Origin: Kudoa neothunni
Taxonomy: Eukaryota > Animalia > Cnidaria
Direction: 5' to 3'
Length of the DNA stretch: 64,000 bases
Assembly (NCBI GenBank): GCA_964304625.1
Contig: OZ199838.1
Location: 7,675,466 to 7,739,465 of the forward strand
Every line of letters begins with the position of its first letter. The first letter of the stretch is position 1. The position numbers and the translations under genes are program-made. This document shows positions 1 through 12,057 of the stretch, one piece after another. The notes below the pieces were generated by a model. That model was not told where the DNA came from. It searched no databases and was given only the letters and a program-made list of their open reading frames with translations.

Positions 1-1305
1 AATAAACACCTAACGATAATATAAAAAACGAAACTTAAACGAATTACAAAATGTGACGATGGTCTTTTCACCTTCTCCAACTGATCAAAGTATTTTCTAG
101 CACACTCTCCAAACTATCGAAATATGCCGCTAACGTCCTATATCGATCGCTGAGACCTCTCCATGGTCGCGTAGCTGAGTCCCATTGTATTTTCATTGGT
201 AATTTGGACTGTAAATCTGCCGTTTTATGAACAGATCCGCACAGTTTGTCAACATTCACCCTTAGTATGGATAAACCGGATGTGTTATTTGTATTGAGAC
301 CCCAAAGTACACATAAAAACAAATCGAGATTAGATATTATAGCGAAAGTAAAATTTATTTATAAACTCATTAATGATAAAAAAATGTAATCGACATATTA
401 AAATACGTAATATACCTTGAGGTATAATAGTGTGAAGGCGGTGAGCAGCACATCTGGTTGTGTTGAACTCTCTTAGACCAGATAGATAGTTTGCTGCGGA
501 GTCACAAACAATTCTTAGATCAGATTTGCTAAGTGAAAATTTAGTACAAAATTCCGTGCAGATTTTATTTATATTTTCTGCAGTGTGTTTTACAGGAAAA
601 TAGATCATGTCGTATTGGAAATGTTGAAGGGTGAAATTTTTGACAAACAACGCTGATATATCAATGATTGAGTTGGTTTTGGCATTATCAGTCCAAATAT
701 CAATGGTTAGGCACATACTATTGTGACTTATTGTTGTAATTAATTTTTCCATTTTTAAATACATGCGCTCATACTCTTTCATGATTATTTTTTGGATAAA
801 ATCTTAAGCCTAGCACTAGGTTCATTGAACTTTTTGCCTAAGTTAAATGCAAAGTTTATCATCTCTGTAAACGATGCACTTTCTGTTATTGTAAACGGGG
901 AGATTGTTTCAGCTACAAAATTAGCAATTTTAGTGTCAAACATTACCTGGTCTGATAGGCTTAAATTAACAATCGAGGGAGGTGAAACAAATAATTTATT
1001 AATTTTTATATTTGTATTTGTTTTAGCATGTAACTTATTATGACTAATAAGTTTCCTATTCCCGTAAGACGACTTATGCGGGAATGCTTTGTTGCACTTT
1101 GTGCAAACAATAAAATCAATTTGGGATATTTCATCCCCGTTTTTAGTAAAGATGGAACAGAAATTGTCCCATTCTTTAGAACGCGTTGTAGATTTTTTCC
1201 AAGAGAAAAGTCTACTAGCTTTCAAAGCCTCTTCAACACTTTCCACACTCCAGTCTGACAGTGAACTAAAAGAGGACACGAACATGAACGAACGGACATT
1301 GTCTG
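1..1305 (-). mobile_element. hAT (Hermes/hobo-like) transposon, decayed, runs off the window start
   Basis: Minus-strand ORFs give a BED finger (W..F..CTKC..LISHNKLH), LTIDIWTD (first D), CDSAAN (second D), CAAH (CxxH) and TRPW. Probable left end CAGACAATG... at 1305. Interrupted by stops. Confidence 0.8.
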
Positions 1306-1664
1306 CAACTACTGTTTTCGACGTCACCTTCATTTTTTTGATTAAAAAATCTTGATTGTAAATATCATCCGGATAATAATACAGCAACTTCAATATTTCA
1401 CTGAAACTTAGATGACTTCTTTCAAAAAACGAACCTCTCCTAATCGAAACATAATTTCGACATTTGTTACAATGAAAGATATAACCATCTGTAGCATTCA
1501 CTTCTTTTGTTGACGACATAGAGTCGCCACAACAGTTCAAGTTCTTCGCAATTAAACCAAAATGCATCATAAATTTGACGTAGTACTCCTTATTTAAGTC
1601 CAATAAATCAATGAAAAATATATGAATGTCTTCTAAGTTGATGGTACTAAACTCTACTTCAGCC
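1306..1664 (-). mobile_element. Merlin/ISXO2 (IS1595-like) transposase 5' fragment
   Basis: N-terminal half of ORF 785..1666: GLIAKNLNCCG..DGYIFHCNKC..SIRRGSFFERSHL, the same motif as the Merlin ORFs at 34230 and 44864. Confidence 0.75.
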
Positions 1665-2030
1665 AAAACGACCTTACGTTGTGAAATCTATTAACGATAT
1701 TATTGCAATGATCACCCATAAAAAATCTGTTTGGATTGCTCGAAATAAACAATTAATTTGATTATATATTATTTTTTATTTATTCGTCTACTTATGCTTA
1801 CAAAAAATACACATTTCATTCGTTGGACGTGTTTATATAAGTTTTTGAACAGTGCGCGAAATCATCCGAAAGGATATTAAAATGGGCTTAATGATGCCAA
1901 TATTCTATATTTTCCTGTAAATCTGTTCATATAAATTTTTTATAACTTCGCATATTACTTTATATTAATTTTACAAATAAAATAATCAAAAAAAATCTGG
2001 GTTTAAATCTACCCCAATGTCGTTAGAGGG
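1665..2030 (+). mobile_element. piggyBac 3' end fragment (inverted copy of 3934-4299)
   Basis: Near-identical reverse complement of 3934-4299. Ends ...GTCGTTAGAGGG followed by TTTA. Confidence 0.9.
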
Positions 2031-2495
2031 TTTACTCAGAAGCGCCAGTTTCCCCCAACTTATAATTCCTTGCGCGTGACTTGCAACTCTATTTAAATTA
2101 GTTTTTAGGGCCTACTTCATATTATATAAAATATCACGTGACGCACAGTTATTGGCCTCTATTGTAGTATCGTTACTACGTGTATTATTGCGGGCGCTAA
2201 CATTAGTCCTCTGGAATTTTAATGTAAGAAAGAATTAATAAACTATAACGAATTCTAAAAAATAAATAGTATCTAAAAAAACACGAGCTTAGGAGTATTA
2301 TAAATAAAAGTCAAGAATGCGAGCATAAAATTGCAGGAAAAATTTATATTTGTCACTAGCTATAGTATAAAATTAAATTCGTTACGAATAAGCATAATTC
2401 AAAGGCAGCACGCACGCACGGGCCGTTGAACAAAACTCGACGGTTATCGCAATTCTCCGGCATATAGCGAGGTTATTCGACTAACTCGTGACGTA

Positions 2496-3006
2496 ATGGT
2501 TGTTCTTGCATCTGGAAAAGTAATTGTTACTTGTTCAATGTATTTTTAATGTTGAACAGAAAAAAAATTTGAAAAAGAAGGACACTTCTTACTCATTGGA
2601 CTGTAGAAGGGTTGTTGAAGATGAAATTCTTGCTCTTGATGACATGGTAGCTCTTTCTTATGTTCATCTTGTAATACGATTTAAATCAGAAATCTTTCTA
2701 CTCAAAGAAACTGTTTCCTGATGGCAAAACCAGCAAAGTTGCCCAAAATTTGACTATTAACTTGGTTGGAGATTCCCTTGTATTCCGATCCAAGACTAGC
2801 TTTTCTAAGCAGTAATTCACTATTCTAATATTTGGTTTCTGGCAATTACTGTTTTTAGGTATATTAAATATTTGGCTAAGAAATACCTGTCTCAAAAGCG
2901 CCTAAGAGATTACATCCGTGTTATTTCAAAAGGCCCCAATGAATATGAGCTGAAGTATTTTGATGTCCAAGGAACAGAAAATGACATTGAAGAGATCAAA
3001 GAATAA
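2496..3006 (+). CDS. RPL22: 60S ribosomal protein L22 (eL22), 4 exons
   Basis: Exons 2496-2519, 2560-2646, 2690-2811, 2859-3006, with GT-AG introns of 40, 43 and 47 nt. Spliced product contains LDCRRVVEDEIL and FSKQYIKYLAKKYL..LRDYIRVISK..YELKYF, the eL22 signature. Confidence 0.93.
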
Positions 3007-3933
3007 ACTTTTAGCTTGTCTATTATATACCGATAGGTTTGAATATGATGATTCTCAACTTGCTTCTCATTTTTTGCTCCCTCGGATTTTAATATAACGT
3101 TTAATGATTTTTTAACTCCGTTATCGTTCTTGCAATCCTCTTAAAAGATTGTTTTCCCCAAGCTCGTGTTTATGGTTAGATCTATCTCTAACTATGTTTC
3201 CAAATATTAATTCTCTAGCGTGTTAAGCTTTTCAGATACCGTCATACCATACCGTTGTTTTCAGTAGTTTGATGTCAATAGAGATATGACTTGTTGCGGT
3301 TTAATGAAATTAAATTCCCAATGTTTGTCACGACTTTAATTTAATATTAACGTTTTTTTCGTTAATTTCCTTAGTTAGGTTGTGGTTTATTTTTTTTGGT
3401 TGAACCTAAAATCATAATTCAATTTAAGTCTCCTGCATAAGTAGTTGATGTGTTTAGTAGACTTGGCAAGGGAAACTTGTTTCTCAACATCAACCTAAGT
3501 TCATTTCTTTCATAGATATATAATATTTTCAAACTGGGCCAACGTTTATTAATATTTTACATATAAAACGTTTCATTCATTTAAAAATTGTATAATATTA
3601 GAATTACTCGCTTTGGATAATATACAAGCATAATTATCACTAATAAATGAAAAATAAAAAGTCACGTGAGGAGCAGTCGTACGTACCTATTTGCCTTGAC
3701 AGCAAAATTAAATTTTTCCATTTTTCTGTTTCTAATACATGTAAACAATTATTAAGTTTTTATAATTACAAAGACAATAATATGGCATATTCTATTTGCA
3801 ATGTCGGGTCTTTAATACATATTTAAATCAAGTGATATCATAATTTATTTATTTAAAATATATTAAATAATTGTTAAAATTATTACTATATAATAATTGC
3901 CGGCGAGATGACAATAACGCAATCACAAGTTAA

Positions 3934-4900
3934 CCGTCTAACGACATTGGGGTAGATTTAACCCCAGATTTTTTTTGATTATTTTATTTGTAAAATTAAT
4001 ATAAAGTAATATGCGAAGTTATAAAAAATTTATATGAACAGATTTACAGGAAAATACAGAATATTGGCATCATTAAGCCCATTTTAATATCCTTTCGGAT
4101 GATTTCGCGCACTGTTCAAAAACTTATATAAACACGTCCAACGAATGAAATGTGTATTTTTTGTAAGCATAAGTAGACGAATAAATAAAAAATAATATAT
4201 AATCAAATTAATTGTTTATTTCGAGCAATCCAAACAGATTTTTTATGGGTGATCATTGCAATAATATCGTTGATAGATTTCACAACGTAAGGTTGTTTTT
4301 TATCATTTCTTCGAGGACATAATTGGCATCTAGATTGTGGTTTCGAAATTGAAGGAACATTATGTTTATTTTGATTTGATGTAAGAGTCCTTTTGACTAC
4401 TTTTGCAATTTTAGTATTTTTACTAAGAAATGGTCTGTACAATAATTCCGCCATTTCTTTTAAAGAAATTCTTCTTTTTTTTGGGGGGGGGGGGTTCTTT
4501 AAAAATGTTTTTATAGATGCAGAAGGCGTTGATTAATGATATGTCAATCATATTATAAAATACGACGACTGGCCATCTTCTGCAGAACCTGCGAACGGAT
4601 ACTGAAGATATCATCCTGTCGACAGTATCGACCCCACCTGTTGTGCTATTGTAGTGCTCTATAACGTGTGGTTTTCTTTCATTTTGTAGATTTTCTATGT
4701 TGGTGTTATTTGTTCCTGTCGATAGCAAATTAACAGCCTTTCCTTTCTTGGGAACATATGACGTTATTATGTTTTTCTCGTGGAAGAGGAATATGGTATT
4801 ATGCAACGCACTGTTCCTTGATGGAAGCACACATGGAGGCAAATCTCTCTTATTATTCCTTATAATTCAAAGATAAGTAAGGCGTTTTCGCAGCAACTTT
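3934..4900 (-). mobile_element. piggyBac (PGBD4-like) 3' half, frameshifted
   Basis: TTAA at 3930-3933, then terminus CCGTCTAACGAC. ORFs 4423..4842 (YNSTTGGVDTVD, RRWP) and 4203..4454 (RCQLC cysteine-rich tail). Confidence 0.88.
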
Positions 4901-4904
4901 GATG

Positions 4905-5078
4905 CCTGAAAAACATTATTTTCAATTAAATATTTGATAGAATTCTCTTCATTCTCAAATATATATTCTAGAGCACTCATTGGAGGAATCATGGCGGATT
5001 AAACAGACCGCACTATGGTGATTAATTTAATGCTCCATTTTGAAAGTGGCTTAAAGGGGCGTGTATCAAATGTGGCCC
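4905..5078 (-). mobile_element. Possible Merlin 5' end fragment between two piggyBac pieces
   Basis: Minus strand starts GGGGCCACATTTGATACACG and reads MIPPMSALEYIFENEENSIKYLIENNVF, resembling the N-terminus PPMSAFKTIF at 34230. Confidence 0.45.
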
Positions 5079-5079
5079 C

Positions 5080-8039
5080 TGTTTTATATTTTTTTGGAAC
5101 ATAGGAGGTTAGCATTAGTTTTTGATTAAACAAAAAACGTGTACTGAAAACCGCCCGCTTTGAATTCTTTTTTAGATAATCCGGAATATCTTGTTTATTA
5201 TTACGAATTTTTCCGGTAATTGTCATTACCCATGTAGGAGTTTTTGGGCAAGGGGGATAGAAGTAAAGAAATTGTCGCAGATGATATTTTTCCCACTTTC
5301 CTTTTATTCTGATACAAGATTTAGATCAATGTTTTCTCCAACATTTTTTGACCTCTCATTGTTATTTCTACCCAAATATACCGAAATATTGTGACTGTAC
5401 TTTGTCTCCGGACCTGTAATGAGAAAAAACTTTATTCCATACACTGCTGGCATTGACGGAATATATTGTTTAAAGGGATATTTTCCCCTAAATGCAACTA
5501 GTTGTTCGTCAATTGTCAAATTCTCCTAGGGGATAACAAGTTTGGGAAGAATATCTTTCCAATCATCAAAATGAATAGCTCTCGAAATTTGAATAAACTT
5601 TTTTAATGGCATTATCTATCAAAAAAATACCCCCTTCCCTTTTCAACATTCCATAGCAGTTTGAGTGATTCTAATTTAGTTTTAAAAATTGACATATACA
5701 CAAGAATTCCTAAATATGCCAATAACTCTTGTCTAGTTAAACCCTTCCAAGAATGTTGATATAGTATTTCAAGATCCAAATGCAACTAGGTAAAATCAAA
5801 ATGCAATATTTTTTCTCGTTAGATATTTAAACTAATTATCGATAACCTCCATATTTATACATTTTGGAAAATATGATTCAGCATGATTTGAATAATTATT
5901 CAAATGATTAACAGAAACTTCCGCTGGGCTCTCCATTGTAGCGGAAATCAATTGTTCGTGATTTTGAAGATATCTGTTTCTCACAATGGCTTTCACTTGG
6001 TGAAAGAACTCCTCAATAGGATTGAGGAAGGAGGAATAGGGCGACAAAAACAAGAGTTTGTGATTGCTTGACTCTACAAGCTCAGTTATTGTATTTGTTT
6101 TATGGAACCGAACATTATCCATTATGAGGAGAGCACGTTCGACCGTCTCGTTAGACAGATCATCAAATAACTTGCTGATGAAGTTATAAAATATATTTTG
6201 GTTAACGGATCCACTTTCCAAATGAAAAGTCCAAACCTTTTCAGCACTTATGGCAGCTATTAAGGTTATATTTTTTGAGCGTACGCTCTTTACTTTGAGG
6301 TTCGCTCTTGTCCCAGAGAGTGACCGCCCAAATGATCGCCGCATGAATAATGAAAATCACTGACGAATACAGGGGCTTATTTCGCAAATACTCAAGCACA
6401 TAACTATTTGATGTAAATAAACACCAGAACTATAATAATAACTTTTTTCTCTTTATTATGTTATTTGGCGAATTTCTAGGTAATGGGACGATCGAAATCC
6501 GTTTCAAGGTATAATGAAAATCACATAAGCATTTACTTACAGTTTGTCTGGTTACTTCGATATTAAATTCGTCCAAAAGTTTTTTAGCGATTGTTTCCAA
6601 GGTAACGATGCAATCGTCATCCAATAATTCAACAATATACTGTTTGTGAGTTTCATCCAATTTCGATCTTCTGTCACCACCCTTTTTTGCTACTATTTCA
6701 GCACCATTTTCAAAGCTTTTGCTTAATATTCATCCAATAGTGGATTTATGCACGCCCGTTTTTTTGGCAATAAAACTGTTTGTATAATTTTCCTAATAAA
6801 TGTAAACTAAGAAAGACAACAAAATAATTGCTTTCGATAACGTGACAGCAAGATTCCTAATTTCATCACTGAGAGTAATGTATTTTCTTTTAGGAAGGTT
6901 ATCGTTTTGTTGGTTATTGCCGAGTGCTCACATTTTAACTTAGCGTGCGCTGAATTTACATAAAAATTAAAGTTAAATGTCATGCAATTTCGTATTTAAT
7001 TGAGATTAATCTTCAGAATTCATCTTTAGTTATAAATAAGAATCATTATTTAAATTTAAATGACGGCATCGACGCAAAAACGATAGCTTATAACTAGTTT
7101 GCAAGGCGAGCTTGGTAATTCAACTTAATTAAATTATAATAATTTATTTTATGAGAGGAAACGTGTGATCGGCGCTTAAATTATTAAATTTACAATTAAA
7201 ATATAAGTTTTTTAGTTCCTATATGAAAATTATACGTCCACGCTTATGGGTTGCATTTTGATTTTACCTAGTTTCATTTAGATCTGGAATTAGTGTAATG
7301 AAAATTGCCGAACGTATTAGTATTCGAAATTACAATTGAGAAAAAGACCTCACCGAATAATATGAGGAATGTATCAACCAACGAATCGATTCTGCTTGAA
7401 GCATAGACAGTTATACCCGGGGATTTTCGAATAATATTTTCTTTTGCGCTTTTAGTTATTTGAGATTTATCAGTAGACCAAATAATTGTTGAGAACAATT
7501 AATAACATTTATTTGTTTATTTTGTCGCTGCGTGAGCAGCGGACAGAGTTTGAATCAATTGAATTGGAGGTTTTTCTCAGCGCATATAAATTCAATATAA
7601 TAAGAGAAAAAAATCCTAACAATAACACCATTCTTATCCCCGTATGTTTCGATAATATTTATTATCGTCAGAAATATCATAAACTTCACTCACATCAGAC
7701 TCAAATTCATTCGAAATATCACACTCAGAACCACTCAAGGTAACGTTTTCCTTGTCGGTAATGATCGGTACGCATCACCCCATGGTTTTTTGAATTTATC
7801 TCTGTTTCCTCTCGATAAATTTTTTCTTAATCCTCAAAATTGGTTTAAACTATTTTTGTTCGTATTTTAGTAGAAAAAACGTGGGTCCATTGGACCCCAA
7901 AAGAAGGAATATGTAAATATTTTGATTATTTCCTGAATTAAAAGTACGAATTAAAATTTATTGATGCGTTATAAGATTCTCTAAAATGGGTTCAAACATC
8001 CCTTGGGGTCCAATGGTCCCCCCAAAGACGCTTGGAAGA
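5080..8039 (-). mobile_element. piggyBac, 3'-truncated, interrupted by a Tc1-like element; same family as 35496
   Basis: 5' terminus next to TTAA (8040-8043) resembles the 35496 end. Fragments TIDEQLVAFRG, ICDNFFTS, SYVPKK. Confidence 0.85.
5762..7295 (-). mobile_element. Tc1/IS630-like DD34E transposon, full length, decayed ORF
   Basis: ~45-bp imperfect TIRs containing AACTAGGTAAAATCAAAATGCAA. TA TSD at 5760-61 and 7296-97. MDNVRFHK...SPYSSFLNPIE has D-34-E spacing. HTH fragment at 6430..6660. Confidence 0.9.
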
Positions 8040-8043
8040 TTAA

Positions 8044-9176
8044 CATTGTTCCAAGCGTCTGAAATCGTATACGTTGCCTCCAGCACATATACGGGTTTCG
8101 GTTAAGTGATACCAGCATCCAATTGGTTTAGGAACCGTTAGGATACAAAATTTTTGTAATAAATTTTAAAATTAATGATCCTCTGATCTAAAGGCTGAAG
8201 TATACTTGTAGTACTCTTTGGGACGTAACATAGATCGATTTTTTAAGTTTAATATAGGGTGCGCCGGGCAATTGTCAAGAAAAGGAATGATTTTTTTATT
8301 TCGATAAGGTATGAGATGATCAAGATGATTCATATATTTTATAAATGGTTCTGAAGTCATCCAAGCATTTTTATTCGACTCGTAGAGCAAGGAAATGTAC
8401 TTACACCTTTAAAACATCTTGACTTTTCACACTTTCCAATAATAAAAGGAGGAAGTTTTTCGCCAGTCATTGAGCATCCAAGAAGAACAGTCATCCGGTT
8501 CTTTAATTGCTTTGTTCTCCTAACGTTGCTTTCCATTCCGGTTATATAACCTTAACCTACAAATAAAATTCAAACAGATCACTTAATTAGTATAAAAACT
8601 TTGTATTGTAGGTAAAAAAGACCAGCCACGATTAAGATGAGCACAGGAACGACGATTTTCCAATGCAATTCTTCTAGCCTTTTCAAGAATATTTTCCAAA
8701 ACGATACAACCACTCTTTTCCCTAGTTTCGAGGATCCATCGATAAATATCATTATCAACACCTTTTTTAAAGGTTTTCTTCTGCGATTAAGCAGGCCTAT
8801 GCTCCCTGACTTAAGAATTTCCTCCTTCCTTATTAAAATGGCATCTAATGTTGACATAGTTTTGATACAGAATTTATCCATTGTCACTCTTTTGGAATTT
8901 CTCAATTCATGAATAGCCTCATAAAATTGAATAATTTCATATTTTTCAGCCAAGGTTATGCGCTTTCTCTGCTTGTTAGGCTCCATTTTATTAACGATTA
9001 CGTAGGAGCGATGCATTACGCACGATAGATGTTTTTCATATTTACAATAGTTAAATAATTTAATTTAGTTTATTTAAAACTCTAAAATATCATCTTTTAT
9101 GTTACTGAACCAATCATAGTCAAATATAAGTTAAATACTAAAAACAAGCGCGTTATGCACGAGCGATGCTGCACTG
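8044..9176 (-). mobile_element. pogo/Tigger transposon, 3'-truncated at a piggyBac TTAA
   Basis: TA-CAGTGCAGC terminus at 9176. RKRITLAEKYEII (CENP-B-type HTH), GEKLPPFIIGK, NKNAWMT, LDNCPAHP. Confidence 0.85.
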
Positions 9177-9209
9177 TATAGTGTACCAAATTTAAATTAA
9201 GCAATATCA

Positions 9210-11992
9210 TCTGACTTTTATATAATGTTGACGTGTATATTTGGCTGTTTGGGCAAATACATTCCTTTTTGTGGAGTTTTAACGTATTTGACATGATAAA
9301 CATTTTGAAGGTTCTATAAATGGGTTTAGATACGATAAAAAATCTATATATGTTTCATGAATAACGAATTGGCGGAGAACGTTAAAATTACATTGATCGA
9401 AGCATTATAATGGAAATATTGCGTCCGGAGATTTCATTGAAATCGTCCGCTAAGTATAACTTTCCGTGATTAAATTCAGTGCAGATGGTTGTACTTTTAT
9501 TTCAGCCAATTATTTAAATTGTTTATGTTGGCGCGATTTGTGGCTGTTAATGGGAAAACATGCATCAATGTTCATGCCGGGACAAGGGATAATAATTTGA
9601 GCATTAAAATTAATTATTGTAAATTTTCTTCTATCTCCATATCTTTTTCTATTTATTTGTCTCCCGTAAACAGTGGTGCATATACTTTCTGAGCCGGCCC
9701 AGAATTCGACTTTGAAAAACCACATGATCACAAAATAACGTTTTAAATAACACTTTGAGGGAATTTAAATAATTCGGAGATGCAAATTAAATGAACGCCA
9801 GGATTGATACACTTCTTCACAGAAATGATCATAATTTAAATTTCGTCAATCCAAATCGTTAATGTATGATGCTTAAAATTCGTTAGTTTACTTTTCTTCT
9901 ACGGGTTAATTCACGACTTTAACCCCCGTACACACATTGGGGGTCAAAAATGGGCCCAGCCTCTTTATCAGCGATTTTCTTAAAATCTCTCTTACAGGAT
10001 TTTAAGTAATTTTTCCTAATTTATGTTATTATTTTATCAATTTAAAATATTTACTGAAATAAAAATAAAATTAATTTTAAACACTATTAAATCATCGCAA
10101 CATTATAACTTCCGTTCCCCACATTGGGGGTCATTTTTGACCACCACTCTTTATTGGAAAATCTATGATAATTACTCTCTTAATTCTATGTATAATACCA
10201 AATAAAACTATTAAATATTCATTTAATTTAAAGAATAAATCAAATAATTTTGAAGAAGAGAAAAATCTGAGTTTTTAGTGCGTCACGTGATCACAAAGAT
10301 TCAAAATCAGCTGAACTTTAGTCTGTTTTAGAGATGGAAAGAGATGAACATGAAATTCTATTGGATGACACTGATTCTGAGTTTAGCGACTATTTAATCG
10401 ACAATCCTACATCCGATTATGATGATTCAAATGATGAAACAGAATTTAGCACTAAATTGATTGCCACGTTGACTTCGAAAGATGGAGAAAAGTGGGTCTA
10501 AATAACCAACAAGATGCCAACGAAGAACTGACGCCGAAAATATTTTTAAATGCCAATCAGGTTTCAAACCGCATGGGCTAAAACGATCGGATACCCCATT
10601 CATGCATTTTGAACTTTCTTGATAACGAAATCCTAGATTTGATTGTTGAATGCACCATTCGTTATATAAAACCATGGATCAAAATTAACTATGATTATCA
10701 AAGATGATCTAATGAAATATATTGGTGACTGCATAATGATTGGTTTAATGAAGGGTAAAACATGGATATCCGTGAGTTCTGGCCATCAAAGTATGGTCAA
10801 TCTACAATAAATCAGTCAATCTCCATTAATTTATTTGAAAAAATATCTTCGTGTATGCGGTTTGATAAAAGAGAATCCAGAATACAAGATGACAAATTGG
10901 CTCCAATAGGAGAAGCTTTTGAGCACTTTATTGGAAATTGTCCAAAAAAATTATACACTAAACGAACAAATGACGGTTGGTGAGCAACTGGTGACATTTA
11001 GAGGGAGATGTGGTTTCAAAATGTACATTCCAAATAAACCCGGACGTATGGTGTTAAAATATGGGCTTTGTGCGACTCAAAGAATGCCTACCTATTCAAT
11101 GCAAAGGTATATCTTGGGAAAGAAAATGGCGAAGTACAGTTTAATCAAGGGGAAAATGTTGTGAAAACTTTATGTGAACCGATTTTTAAATCCAGTCGAA
11201 ATATCACAACAGATAATTTTTTCACTACTCTTTCCCTTGCAACATTTCTACTTAACCAAAAATTGACAATTGTAGGAACTGTTCGAAAAAATAAAACATT
11301 TTTGATACCAGGGTTTCAAATGTCGAAAGGAAATGAAGATAATAGTCAGCTCCTGTTTCAAGATAAGGTCACACTCGTCAAATACAACCCTAAGAAAAAC
11401 AGAGCGGTTGTCTTGTTGTCAACATTCCACAGAGATGCGAATATTGCTGAAGAAAGTCAAAAACCTGAAATTATATCTTACTATAATTCTACAAATGATG
11501 GGGTTGATACTCTTGATCATGTATTAAAATATTTTTCGGTAAAAAGAAAACACGAAGGTGGCCAATGGCTCTTTTTTATAATTTGTTAGACATCGCTGCA
11601 TATAATGCCTACTTGTTGTACTGCCAAAAGCATCCGCATTCTATCTTTAAAACAGCCTAAAATCTTCCAGAACAATGCTAGAAAGTGGTGCCAAATCTGT
11701 ATTCGTTCGAGGAGATTGAAAACGTCAATGCAGTGCAAATTATGCAATAAAGAAGAGATAATTTGCATTAAATGTTTTAAACTTAAACAATAACAATTAG
11801 AATTTTTTTAATTTTAAAAACGTTTTCATGTGTTTATTTTTTAATGGGGGGGGGGGTCAAAAATGACCTCCAATGCGGGTTAACGTAAGTTTTTTTGCTC
11901 ATGTGTACGAGGGTTAATACACTTTGTGAATTTTATTAAGAAGCGTATCTATGCGAAATCTTCCCCAGGCAACGCTGGGCAATTCCCGCTGG
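9210..11992 (+). mobile_element. Non-autonomous Helitron family A, diverged copy split by piggyBac 9923-11913
   Basis: Homologous to 31750-32566 and 45955-46822. A|TC start; 3' hairpin CCCAGGCAACGCTGGG, then CTGG|T. Confidence 0.8.
9923..11913 (+). mobile_element. piggyBac, full length, frameshifted transposase (~10334-11790)
   Basis: TTAA TSD on both sides. TIR CCC(C/T)CGTACACA. EQLVTFRGRC, TTDNFFT, YYNSTNDGVDTLD and a C-terminal Cys-rich domain. Confidence 0.95.
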
Positions 11993-12057
11993 TGTTTAAC
12001 AAAATGTTTTAGTCGTATATACTTTTTTTATATATGAAGTTTTAATATCCAGTAATA

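Noticed and set aside
2134-2141. TCACGTGA E-box as an RPL22 promoter element
   Set aside because: The same motif occurs at ~3662 and inside TEs (~10283, ~49840), so there is no evidence of specificity.
1665-4299. Composite (Pack-type) piggyBac carrying RPL22
   Set aside because: Both are 3' ends and they face the gene, so the gene lies outside both elements.
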